A DNA stretch of 64,000 nt from a virus. Below are positions 37,592 through 46,517 of this stretch, piece after piece. Position numbers and translations under genes: made by a program. Below the pieces are notes generated by a model that saw only the letters and a program-made list of their open reading frames with translations, did no database searches and was not told where the DNA came from. The stretch lies in the IMG/VR virus record IMGVR_UViG_3300042090_000890, positions 33,915 through 97,914 of that record; one strand, written 5' to 3'. Each line of letters opens with the position of its first letter. Positions within the stretch are counted from its first letter, which is position 1.

Positions 37592-38504
37592 GCGCAAAGG
37601 CGGCCCGCGCCGCCGCGAGCGACAGCCGGTTGACGGCATGCAGCAGATTTTTCATCTGGCCCATTACCAGCAATCATTCGACAAAGAAGCGTTCGACAAT
37701 CTGATTCGTGGCCAAGGTGTCAACGTCATCCACTACCGAGCGCTCCCGGACCCGTCTGGTATGGCCTCGATCGGCGACGTGCATGCGGTTCAGTCCAAAC
37801 GTTCCTCGTCCGACGGCTTCATCTACAAAGAAGCTGGAACGATGCACATCTGGTTTTCAGCCAACACCTCGGATTGGCAGGTGGAAGTGGAAGGCCTTGC
37901 GAAGCACGATGCCGCCGTGATTACCCTTCCGATGGTGTACGAGGACGACCCCCAACGAGAAGTGCTTGCATCGGCCTATGATAGATTTTATCTGAAAGAC
38001 GTAGAAGTTCGCGTAGTTGCGTTCCAATATCTCGAAGCATCTTCTCTCGGACTCGACAAGCTCCAGTACCCGGCCACGTTCGTTGAATACCTCATTGACG
38101 CGGACGGCAAGGAATATACCCAAGGCGTTGACTTTGAGTTGACCCAACCGGACGACAAAGGCGACAACGGCGGCCTGATCCGCTGGATATCACAGAACCG
38201 TCCCGGCTGGAACGACAAGACCCTTCGCGGAACGGTTTACGCCGTGCGCTATCGGTACACGCCATATTTCGTGATCGCCCGTATGATGCACGAGATCCGG
38301 GTATCCCAAATCACGGATTTTACGACGTTCGACCGAAAAGTTACTCGGATGCCGTTCCAGGCCTTGGTATACCGCGAAAATGTCTTGAGCGATCAGAATA
38401 ATGACCCGAATCGGTCGCGCGCTGACCAGCGGTTCCAGAATGCTCCGCCAGTGGGCGGCGTAACTGGGCCAAATGACGGCAGTTCGGACGGCGGAATGCT
38501 CTAA
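37572..38504 (+). CDS. Head closure/neck protein (putative)
   Basis: FDNLIRGQGV..IHYRA, YTQGVDF, YAVRYRYTP, HEIR; position. Confidence 0.55.
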   Translation: MQQSNPRRKGGPRRRERQPVDGMQQIFHLAHYQQSFDKEAFDNLIRGQGVNVIHYRALPDPSGMASIGDVHAVQSKRSSSDGFIYKEAGTMHIWFSANTSDWQVEVEGLAKHDAAVITLPMVYEDDPQREVLASAYDRFYLKDVEVRVVAFQYLEASSLGLDKLQYPATFVEYLIDADGKEYTQGVDFELTQPDDKGDNGGLIRWISQNRPGWNDKTLRGTVYAVRYRYTPYFVIARMMHEIRVSQITDFTTFDRKVTRMPFQALVYRENVLSDQNNDPNRSRADQRFQNAPPVGGVTGPNDGSSDGGML

Positions 38505-38505
38505 C

Positions 38506-38514
38506 CCTAATCTT
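38506..38514 (+). promoter_or_regulatory. Putative late promoter motif CCTAATCTT
   Basis: Exact intergenic copy. Confidence 0.7.
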
Positions 38515-38537
38515 TCGGCTAACATAGGAGATCCTTT

Positions 38538-38939
38538 ATGAATAAAATCAGGTCAAAACCATCCCAGGACCGGTATGGCGCCGACATGGCTACGGAAGAT
38601 GCGTTTAACCAGTATGCTGGCGCAGTCAAGGTCATGGGGCCAGTCTTCGGTGTGGTCGAGAAATTCCTCGGTCCTTTAGGTACAGCGGTTGGTGTGGATC
38701 TTGGTTCTCTCGTAGCCGTTTTCAATAACACCGGCACGACTTCGTTTGTAGCGCTCGGAACGTCTAGCGCGGTTGCCGCGCCGACAAGCCCGGCTAATGG
38801 TATTCCGATTCCTCCGAACTCGTATCTGATCATACCGATGGGAAATAATAACTGGATCATCTCGAACGTGGCGACGACATTTGGTTACCTGTTAGAAGAC
38901 GATCTCCAGTACAATCCGAACAGCGGCTCCAACAACTAA
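38538..38939 (+). CDS. Hypothetical structural protein
   Basis: AGGAG SD; beta-rich sequence. Confidence 0.6.
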   Translation: MNKIRSKPSQDRYGADMATEDAFNQYAGAVKVMGPVFGVVEKFLGPLGTAVGVDLGSLVAVFNNTGTTSFVALGTSSAVAAPTSPANGIPIPPNSYLIIPMGNNNWIISNVATTFGYLLEDDLQYNPNSGSNN

Positions 38940-38947
38940 GGCGGAGT

Positions 38948-41002
38948 ATGGACCACAGTCAGAAGTTGCTTAAATCCATTCTTGGTGATCGAGGGTATGA
39001 GACTCTCGAAAAGGCCATATATAAGCAACGGACGCAGGCTGTCGTCGACCCACTCGAATACTACCTTCCTCTGATCGTCGTTCCGCGAACAATTTTGTCT
39101 TGGCTCGTGCAGAACATCAATCCGATGAGACAAGGCGAGATCAAAGACATAGCATTTCCTGGCCGCGAAGATATCATGATCCATATTGAAAAGCAGGCAC
39201 CGGACCAATACCGTATGGAGTTCGTCCAAGGCGGGCGGGTCATCCATCAGTTCGAGAAGCAATCTCTTCCAGCTGCCTCCGGCCATCTCATGTCGGTCGG
39301 CGAGATGTACGACGAGTTCGCTGCGCCGAAGCCAGCAACGCATGACGACAAGGTGAATGAGGAAATCAAAGCCAATCCGGAATTGAACAAGCCAAAGGCG
39401 GAGTCTCCGGAATTCGATTCGTTGCGCCACGTCATTTCTATGGCGAATGTGCAGCCGAAGGAAGATCCCGAACAGATAAAATGGACCATGTCTCACGCTA
39501 ACGTGCGGGAGATGACCGCCGTGATCGGCAAGTTAGTCGATGCTCTTACCGCCAAACAGCTCCATAGAGAAAGGTTGGAAGCTGAGCTAGACGAAACCGC
39601 CAAAGAGGAAAAGAACATGAGCGACACTACCCGAAAGCGAGCTGACACGCGGACTATCCGCCCGTCTGACTCGTACGCACAGTTGGACCGCAACAAAAGC
39701 AAGGATACGACCGATCTTGAAGAGCCGCCTACCAAGCCGGAAAAACGCCCGGAGGGCGAAGCTCGGACCGACGAGACGATTAAGCCTCGTTCGCAGACTC
39801 CGTTCAAACCTGGCAAACAAGCTGCCTCACAGCAAGAAGAGAAGCCTTTCAAAAAGCAAGATCCTCCGATGTCCGACAAGAAGTCTGACTCTGGCTCAAC
39901 TCAGGACCCGGCCACAAAGCCGAAGATTGATCCGGTTGGCGCCGCCCGCGTCGACGAGCCGCATAACCAGACTCCATTCAAGCCGGGCATCGCCGCGCCA
40001 GTGCAACAGCCTGAGAAGCCATTCAAGAAAGGTGTTCTAAGCCCCACAGAACAGCGGACGGACACGGTCGGAACTTCGTCGCCTGGTAAGAATCAGGCAC
40101 ACGGCTATTTCCGTAAAAAGATGGAGATGTTGACAAAGCCGTACGTCTCGGAAGCTCAGCGCGGCAAGTTTCACGCTATGGAAGATCGCGGTGAGATTTC
40201 TCACGCGACAGTAGCTCATTGGGATAAGGCGTCCAAAGGCAAGCATTTACCGCAACACGTCAAAAAAGAAGAGGTGAAGCCTCTCGGCGGCACAGGTACC
40301 GGCGCGCCGTCTACTCCAACGTCACGCCCTAACGGCGGCTTTGGAAGTATCACAGCAAAAGAAGAAAAACAGGTCACGAGCCATTCCTCTCCGTCCGGCG
40401 GCGGAGGCATGACTAACGCCAAAGCCCCGAAAGGCAATGGCATGGCATTCCCAGTCTTGAAAGAAGAAATGGGCAAAGGCGAGATGCCGAAAGGCGCTGG
40501 CCAACCTATGGCTCCGAAGCCTCCGCAAATGCCGAAGCCTCCCGTCCCTCCGGGCAACAATCCGGCGGCGCAGGCCGCCAAGCAGTCTCAGCAATCCGGT
40601 ATGGGCAAAATGCCTGTTCCCGGCAAGCCGAAGATGCCGTCTATGGCACCGAAAACTCCGTCGATGAACAAGTCGGATTACTTCCGAAGCAAGCTAGGAA
40701 AGTCAGAGCCGATTAGAACGAGCGCTACCGAAGAGCAGTTGTACAAGTCAGCGTGCTCGCAGTGCGGCGTGGCCGAGTTCGTAAAGGACAAGGACGGCAA
40801 CCCGAAGTTTCAGCCTTGCGCCTGCTTCCTCGTCATGAAAAAAGACTCGGAAGGCAATCCTTCCAAGTTTGTGAAAGTCCTTCGCAAGTCCAACGGTTCG
40901 TACAGCATGGAATTTGCCAAAGGCGCTGATCCAGAAGTGGTCAAGCTCTTCTTGCTTACGCTCAAGAGCAAGTTGTTGATCAAGAAGAAATTCGGCATTT
41001 AA
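38948..41002 (+). CDS. Low-complexity modular head protein with C-terminal Zn-ribbon-like motif
   Basis: Duplicated QTPFKPG..EKPFKK units, Pro/Lys-rich linkers, CSQCG...CAC, many hydrophobic-x-K sites. Confidence 0.6.
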   Translation: MDHSQKLLKSILGDRGYETLEKAIYKQRTQAVVDPLEYYLPLIVVPRTILSWLVQNINPMRQGEIKDIAFPGREDIMIHIEKQAPDQYRMEFVQGGRVIHQFEKQSLPAASGHLMSVGEMYDEFAAPKPATHDDKVNEEIKANPELNKPKAESPEFDSLRHVISMANVQPKEDPEQIKWTMSHANVREMTAVIGKLVDALTAKQLHRERLEAELDETAKEEKNMSDTTRKRADTRTIRPSDSYAQLDRNKSKDTTDLEEPPTKPEKRPEGEARTDETIKPRSQTPFKPGKQAASQQEEKPFKKQDPPMSDKKSDSGSTQDPATKPKIDPVGAARVDEPHNQTPFKPGIAAPVQQPEKPFKKGVLSPTEQRTDTVGTSSPGKNQAHGYFRKKMEMLTKPYVSEAQRGKFHAMEDRGEISHATVAHWDKASKGKHLPQHVKKEEVKPLGGTGTGAPSTPTSRPNGGFGSITAKEEKQVTSHSSPSGGGGMTNAKAPKGNGMAFPVLKEEMGKGEMPKGAGQPMAPKPPQMPKPPVPPGNNPAAQAAKQSQQSGMGKMPVPGKPKMPSMAPKTPSMNKSDYFRSKLGKSEPIRTSATEEQLYKSACSQCGVAEFVKDKDGNPKFQPCACFLVMKKDSEGNPSKFVKVLRKSNGSYSMEFAKGADPEVVKLFLLTLKSKLLIKKKFGI

Positions 41003-41017
41003 TTATGAGGAGACGGA

Positions 41018-42244
41018 ATGTCTACACAGACATCAGTTTGGGTAATGATAGCGACGGACGGAGTAGCCGACAAGATTCGAGACCTTGTCGATTCTGGCTA
41101 TTTCGCTGAAGCTAAAGACCTAGACTATCACCTCAAATCCATCACAGAAAAAATCAGCGCGCTGATCAACGACAGAGGCGGTTCTGTTAAACTGTCGATC
41201 TACGATCGCCAGGTAATGGAAATGCCCGTCACGGTCGCCGAAGAGCTTCCGTTGATCATCGCTGGTTACCGCGAGGTGTTCGGTTCGCTCATGGCAGTCG
41301 GCATGGGCATGGATCTCAAAGAGGCGTCCACCGCCGCCAAGAAAGCGACCTTCACGAATCAAATTGAATTGTACGATCCGAAGGATGAGTCGTTCGCGTT
41401 GTACAAGACCCTCCAGCTCGAAGCTGACATGTTCCAGCCGCAGCCAAACTTGACTGGTACCGACCAGGAAAATCATCCTGGACCGCCTAAGCCGGATGCG
41501 TACAAGTTCGCAGTTGGTAAAGTGGTACCGGCTCTTTCCGCAGACCAACAGATGCAGGCCGAAGCTCAGATGGTCAATGCTACCATCCAACTTTTGATGG
41601 GACCAACCCAGCAGATGCAGCAACAGCAGCAGGCCCAAGAGCAGCAGCAGGCAGAGCAGGAGAAAGAGCCGCCAGGCAGCTTGCTCGAAGCAATGTCTGG
41701 TGAAAAGAAGACCGACAAGCCGAAAACTGAAACAAAACAGAAAAAAGATAGTGATTCCGATGACTCGGACGAAAGCTCCGAATCCAAGAAAGGCAAGTCT
41801 GACTCAGATTCTGGTTCGGATGAAGATTCCGATGAGGATTCAGACGCAACGAACGAAAAGCTCGGAAAACTTCTATCGTCTGTTCAGGAAAAGATGCCGG
41901 AGCTGATGAAACTTCACGAGAAGAATCCGGAAGCGTTCAAGAAGGTTATCGCTCTCGTGCAGAAGTTGGTCGACGTGGCGAAGGCCAAGAAGTCTGTTAA
42001 GAAATCTGAGATTTCCGATATGACCGAGGACTTGAACAAAGCCCTCCGTTTGACATTTCCTGTAGGCACGGTTCGCAATCGCAAGAAAAAAGTCGTTGTC
42101 GACGGCAAAGCCAAATGGCGCGGCGTGGCAGCTGGCCAAGTAAAAGACATCAAAGGCAACCCCATCTCGGTTGACTCTCACAATGCACACGCCAAAGATG
42201 GCCGAGAAGGCAAAGAGGCGGAGCCGGAAGGGGCACGTGAGTGA
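41018..42244 (+). CDS. Modular protein with N-terminal degenerate mCpol/GGDEF-like domain
   Basis: VMIATDGV...RGGSVKLSIYD...MAVGMGMDLKEA...NQIELYD pattern; Gln- and Asp/Ser-rich linkers. Confidence 0.5.
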   Translation: MSTQTSVWVMIATDGVADKIRDLVDSGYFAEAKDLDYHLKSITEKISALINDRGGSVKLSIYDRQVMEMPVTVAEELPLIIAGYREVFGSLMAVGMGMDLKEASTAAKKATFTNQIELYDPKDESFALYKTLQLEADMFQPQPNLTGTDQENHPGPPKPDAYKFAVGKVVPALSADQQMQAEAQMVNATIQLLMGPTQQMQQQQQAQEQQQAEQEKEPPGSLLEAMSGEKKTDKPKTETKQKKDSDSDDSDESSESKKGKSDSDSGSDEDSDEDSDATNEKLGKLLSSVQEKMPELMKLHEKNPEAFKKVIALVQKLVDVAKAKKSVKKSEISDMTEDLNKALRLTFPVGTVRNRKKKVVVDGKAKWRGVAAGQVKDIKGNPISVDSHNAHAKDGREGKEAEPEGARE

Positions 42245-43239
42245 ACAACGTAGCTGCATTCCGATTCAGAGTAGACGTCTCTGAGGTAGCCGAGCACCTC
42301 GGCAGAACTCGCGAAGAGATCGAAGACAAAGTTGTCGGCGGTGTCGAGACACTCTCGATCGCGGCGCATGCGTACATCGTCAACCTAGCCAACAACGAGT
42401 TCGGTAGCGGCAATTTCAAACGTCAGTTCTATCTCGGTATCGGCCCGTACGGCAAAGACGCACACGGCACATCCACAAAAGATCCTCGCATCGATCAGAC
42501 GGTCAAAAATCTCCGTTGGATAAAAATAGCAGACGGAATATGGATGGTCGAGCTGGACGAGAAAGCCCAGTGGCTGGAAGACGGTCGCAAAGAAACGTTC
42601 ATGGGAGACTGGCTTTTGAAGCCAGGCGCCAAAGGCGTCAAACGTGCGAAAGACGGTTCACTCTATCGCGTAATCCCGTTCAAAGAGACCGAAGGCGGCA
42701 AAGCCGCTCCTGGCGCCAGCCCGGTGCTGGCAGACATCGTCATGCAGCATGCAAAGTCGCAGCGGATATCTCTCAAAAAGATCGAAAAGAATCCCGACAG
42801 CACTCCGAAGCTCGGTATACTTCACAAATTGGACATCAGGCCGGGCGACGCAGCGGGTTACGCTCCTGGAGCCATCTACTCGAATCCGAGATCGCAAGAA
42901 GATTCGATAGCAACAGGCAAAGGCGGTACGCCACTTCCTCCGCACGGTGGTATATTCAAACTGTCCGGCGCCGTAGTGGCGCAGAATGCTTATGACAAAA
43001 AGACTGGACAGCTGATCACAAATCCGCAGCAAGCGCAGAGGATGATCGCTACCAAGAAAGCAAAGGTCAAGAAAGAAACCGTCGTATTCCGGGTGATATC
43101 TTCGAAGCATAAGCACGAGAACCGTTGGATGTATCCGGAAGTTAAAGGTGCGAATTTTTTCCAAAAGGCGTACGAGCACGCCGAGCAGCAGTGGGCTTCG
43201 ATCGTTCAAGGCATTGAACGTTCGCTGTCGACGGAGTAA
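42241..43239 (+). CDS. Tail completion/neck protein (putative)
   Basis: WLEDG, YRVIPF, FRVISSK...WMYP pattern; upstream of putative tail terminator. Confidence 0.5.
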   Translation: MNNVAAFRFRVDVSEVAEHLGRTREEIEDKVVGGVETLSIAAHAYIVNLANNEFGSGNFKRQFYLGIGPYGKDAHGTSTKDPRIDQTVKNLRWIKIADGIWMVELDEKAQWLEDGRKETFMGDWLLKPGAKGVKRAKDGSLYRVIPFKETEGGKAAPGASPVLADIVMQHAKSQRISLKKIEKNPDSTPKLGILHKLDIRPGDAAGYAPGAIYSNPRSQEDSIATGKGGTPLPPHGGIFKLSGAVVAQNAYDKKTGQLITNPQQAQRMIATKKAKVKKETVVFRVISSKHKHENRWMYPEVKGANFFQKAYEHAEQQWASIVQGIERSLSTE

Positions 43240-43242
43240 GCG

Positions 43243-44259
43243 ATGGGCATACAGGCAACAGACATTCTCATAAAGACCATGATCGAAGGCGCCTTGGCTG
43301 ATCTTCGCAAGAATAATTGGATTCTGGACGACATCTACGCCGACCTGGCCCTCGATCCTTTGGCCAAAATGGATTACGGCTGGAAAGAAGTCATGCGTGC
43401 GAAGGAATGGTTTACTGGCAACAACATCGACGTGTACTTGACCAACCGCGTCGACACGCCTCGATTCCCGTGCATATCCATCGTGCGACTGTCGTCCCGC
43501 GAAATGACGGAACGCGACGAAATGGGCGATGGCTTCGATGAAACCGAGATCGTGCCGCACAATGTTACCAATCTGCCCCAACAAATGTATGGCCCATTCA
43601 CTCCGATAGCGTACAACCAATCGACGGGAGTCGTTACTCTGCCGGAAAATCTGACTACGAGCCGCATGTTTGTCGGCCAATTCTTGGTATCGAAGCGTAC
43701 GGGCAAAGCATATGTTATCAATCAGGTTAACGAACCATCCGCCTTCGTTATCGCACCCGGCACGGTAGATGACTTCACGGAAGCGTACATCGCACCTCCG
43801 ACTTCGCTATGGAACCTGAGCAAAGAAAGAACTTGGCTCGAAGAGACTTTCGCCATCGGTATGCATACAGAATCCGACATGAACGAAGCGATCTGGATGC
43901 GCCAGCTCGTTCAATACATCATGCTCCGGTACAAAGAGGCGTACATAGAACGACGTGGTGTGGCTCTATCCACCTTCAACGTCGGATCTATCGACATCAA
44001 TCCTCACTTCAACGGTACGGAGAAAGTATTCTCGTGCATGATGACGTTCACGGGTCAGGTGGAAGCCAACTTCATCAAATATGCTGCCCCGAAGTTGCAG
44101 GGCTTCAAAGTTACGACTTACGTCCTTGACGGACCTAAGACACCTGCAGCATACTTGAAATACGCAGAAGCGCAGGGCTGGGAAATGCAAGGTGACGAAC
44201 CTGCGAAAAGGCCGCCTAAGAAAAAGAAGCCAGATCCTCTTTCAAGAGATGAAGAATGA
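43243..44259 (+). CDS. Tail terminator/completion protein (putative)
   Basis: FPCISI motif and C-terminal beta pattern; position before sheath. Confidence 0.5.
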   Translation: MGIQATDILIKTMIEGALADLRKNNWILDDIYADLALDPLAKMDYGWKEVMRAKEWFTGNNIDVYLTNRVDTPRFPCISIVRLSSREMTERDEMGDGFDETEIVPHNVTNLPQQMYGPFTPIAYNQSTGVVTLPENLTTSRMFVGQFLVSKRTGKAYVINQVNEPSAFVIAPGTVDDFTEAYIAPPTSLWNLSKERTWLEETFAIGMHTESDMNEAIWMRQLVQYIMLRYKEAYIERRGVALSTFNVGSIDINPHFNGTEKVFSCMMTFTGQVEANFIKYAAPKLQGFKVTTYVLDGPKTPAAYLKYAEAQGWEMQGDEPAKRPPKKKKPDPLSRDEE

Positions 44260-46502
44260 AAAAAGTAGTGTGCGTCGCCATACGACATCCGGATGAACCG
44301 AACCTGTTCCTCCACGGGCTTCGTCGCGACAATCACAAGTGGGCTCTACCCGGCGGTCACGCCAAGCCTGGCGAGCTGGACGACGAGGCAGCCAACCGCG
44401 AGCTGGAAGAAGAGACCGGTCTCAAAGGTGTCAAGATCGACAAGGTGCATGATAAAGTGTACGGAAACAACCACGTCGTTCTGCACATGGCAGAGCATCC
44501 GGAAGGCGCGGAGCTTGATCCGCATTCCGATCCAGATAACGAGTTTGTGACATTCAAGTTCCTTGACCCGACCAAGCACGCCAACATGCACGTTCCGGGC
44601 AAGAACAATATCCTGATCAATTGGATGGACGGACACCTCAAGAAAGGCGAGTCGTACGAGGAAGAAACAGAAAAGATTCGTGAAAATCAGAAGAAGCCGG
44701 AAGCCCGCGTCCCGCACAAGTTCAAGGCTGCTAAGTGGACGTTCAAAAACGGTCACCCTAGATGTTTCACATGCGGGCAGGAAGAGCCTGTGTCGGGCAC
44801 ATGCGAAGCTCGCCTAGATAAATCTCAGCCGCGTTCTAAGTTAACGGTCGAGCCATTTGCAGTCGACAAATCCGTCTTCGACCCTCGTAAGCACGACTTC
44901 ATAGTTCGCATGCACAAAGGCGGAAAGCAGATCGGATTCGTAGCGATCACTCACAAGCCGAACGGGATCATGCCGTTCAACTTCGAAGTGAACCGACTGC
45001 ATCAGCGTCAAGGCCACGGCACGGCACTTATAAATCATGCGCAGAATGTATCGCGAAAGAAGCTAATTCGCTCACCGGATATGACTCAGGCCGGATCTGC
45101 CTTCGCGGATAAGTATTTGGGACCTGCCAAACCTTTGAAAAAGATCGAGATCATCCACAACGAGGATACGTCGGCCTTGATGAACCGCGTGGAAACCAAG
45201 CATTTCATGCCAGCCGAGAATCTCGATAAGCTACTGAGCGGTATAAAAAGCTCGCTTCCAGACGGAGACCCGGACACTTCCGTCCGATTCAACGTCAATA
45301 AGACTATCTATCTCGACAATCGCGATCTCGATGCGCTCCGCGACAACATGGAGAGAAAGAAGCCACGGTTCAAGGTTCGAATCAGGCAGTATTCGCCGAA
45401 CGGAGAGGAGTGGGAAGATGTTGCATACCTTGAGTTGAAGCTCAAGACAAAAGGCGATCAAACAAAGAAGATCCGCGTCCGCATCCGGGCATCTGATATC
45501 GACGCCATTTCGGAAGGCAAAGTAGTTCGCATCGATGAGGATATCGAAAAGCTCAATCTTGATATCCCAAAGGATATACTTTGGAAGCGGGTAACCTCCA
45601 TCAACACGATCATCGAAAAGTACGGCTTCCGGAAGCAGATTGTAGTGACTTATCAGCGCCGGGCGTACTCTTCCGAAAAGATCCGGGTTACTGTGGATGA
45701 TTCCATCCGGTATTCGGATGCGAAAGCGATAGAGCCAGAATCGGTTCAGATGATAAAGGACTCCGCCTACTGGAAGGCGTTCAAGAAGCGTCACCTCAAG
45801 ATTCGAAAAAGCGATTACGTCATCGTCGAAGTGAAAGAAGAGACCGGCGTACCTAAGTGGCTGCGCAAAGTGCTGGATGAATGCGAAGCCGAGGAAGTGC
45901 GCTTTTCGAAATACTGCGGCGCGATGGTTTCGTTTATCAAAAGTTCCGAGAAGGACGGGCCGATCTCAAGTAACCGTAATATCGACGCCAACTCTGTTCT
46001 ATCTGAGATCGAAGGATACGAAGCGTTCAACAAAGCCGAGCAAGCTCCGCCTGCCGCACCGTACCTTAATTTGGTATACCCCGTCTCCGTCGGCGGTAAG
46101 GCTACACGTCCGGACGGCAAGCCGTTTGAACTGAATGTGAAGGCCTTTGGCAACTCGCCGACACTGAACCATCAGGCCATCCAAGGCCATCTCGAACAGT
46201 ATGCTCTGCATATTCCGGTCGATCAATCCAAGATGACGTACGTCCCGCACAAGCTGAAAGGATTGGACGGCAAAGAAGAGCATGTTCTGGTCGTCTTAGG
46301 CATGCCGAAGAAGCTGGACCACATGAGAGTCGCTCTGTCGGCCATCGGACCGAAAAATGACTCCAAGCCGTATATACCGATCGACGAAGATGACTGGAAC
46401 CGTTTGTCGAAGCTGGGCAACGCTCTGACCGCGAAGGACGCAGGCATATCGTTTCACCCGCCGGAACTCCGATACGGCCCGACAGTCCTAAAGACCTATT
46501 AG
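44256..46502 (+). CDS. Polyvalent protein: Nudix + Zn-ribbon + GNAT + VTC + 2H-like
   Basis: Nudix box GGHAKPGELDDEAANRELEEETG; CFTC..C; QRQGHGTAL; RVETKH, TIYLD, KVRIRQY, YLELKLK, YQRRAY, RVTVD, VEVK, FSKY (VTC). Confidence 0.75.
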   Translation: MKKVVCVAIRHPDEPNLFLHGLRRDNHKWALPGGHAKPGELDDEAANRELEEETGLKGVKIDKVHDKVYGNNHVVLHMAEHPEGAELDPHSDPDNEFVTFKFLDPTKHANMHVPGKNNILINWMDGHLKKGESYEEETEKIRENQKKPEARVPHKFKAAKWTFKNGHPRCFTCGQEEPVSGTCEARLDKSQPRSKLTVEPFAVDKSVFDPRKHDFIVRMHKGGKQIGFVAITHKPNGIMPFNFEVNRLHQRQGHGTALINHAQNVSRKKLIRSPDMTQAGSAFADKYLGPAKPLKKIEIIHNEDTSALMNRVETKHFMPAENLDKLLSGIKSSLPDGDPDTSVRFNVNKTIYLDNRDLDALRDNMERKKPRFKVRIRQYSPNGEEWEDVAYLELKLKTKGDQTKKIRVRIRASDIDAISEGKVVRIDEDIEKLNLDIPKDILWKRVTSINTIIEKYGFRKQIVVTYQRRAYSSEKIRVTVDDSIRYSDAKAIEPESVQMIKDSAYWKAFKKRHLKIRKSDYVIVEVKEETGVPKWLRKVLDECEAEEVRFSKYCGAMVSFIKSSEKDGPISSNRNIDANSVLSEIEGYEAFNKAEQAPPAAPYLNLVYPVSVGGKATRPDGKPFELNVKAFGNSPTLNHQAIQGHLEQYALHIPVDQSKMTYVPHKLKGLDGKEEHVLVVLGMPKKLDHMRVALSAIGPKNDSKPYIPIDEDDWNRLSKLGNALTAKDAGISFHPPELRYGPTVLKTY

Positions 46503-46511
46503 CCTAATCTT
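46503..46511 (+). promoter_or_regulatory. Putative late promoter motif CCTAATCTT
   Basis: Exact copy; ATG 6 nt downstream with no SD. Confidence 0.7.
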
Positions 46512-46517
46512 TTCGGC

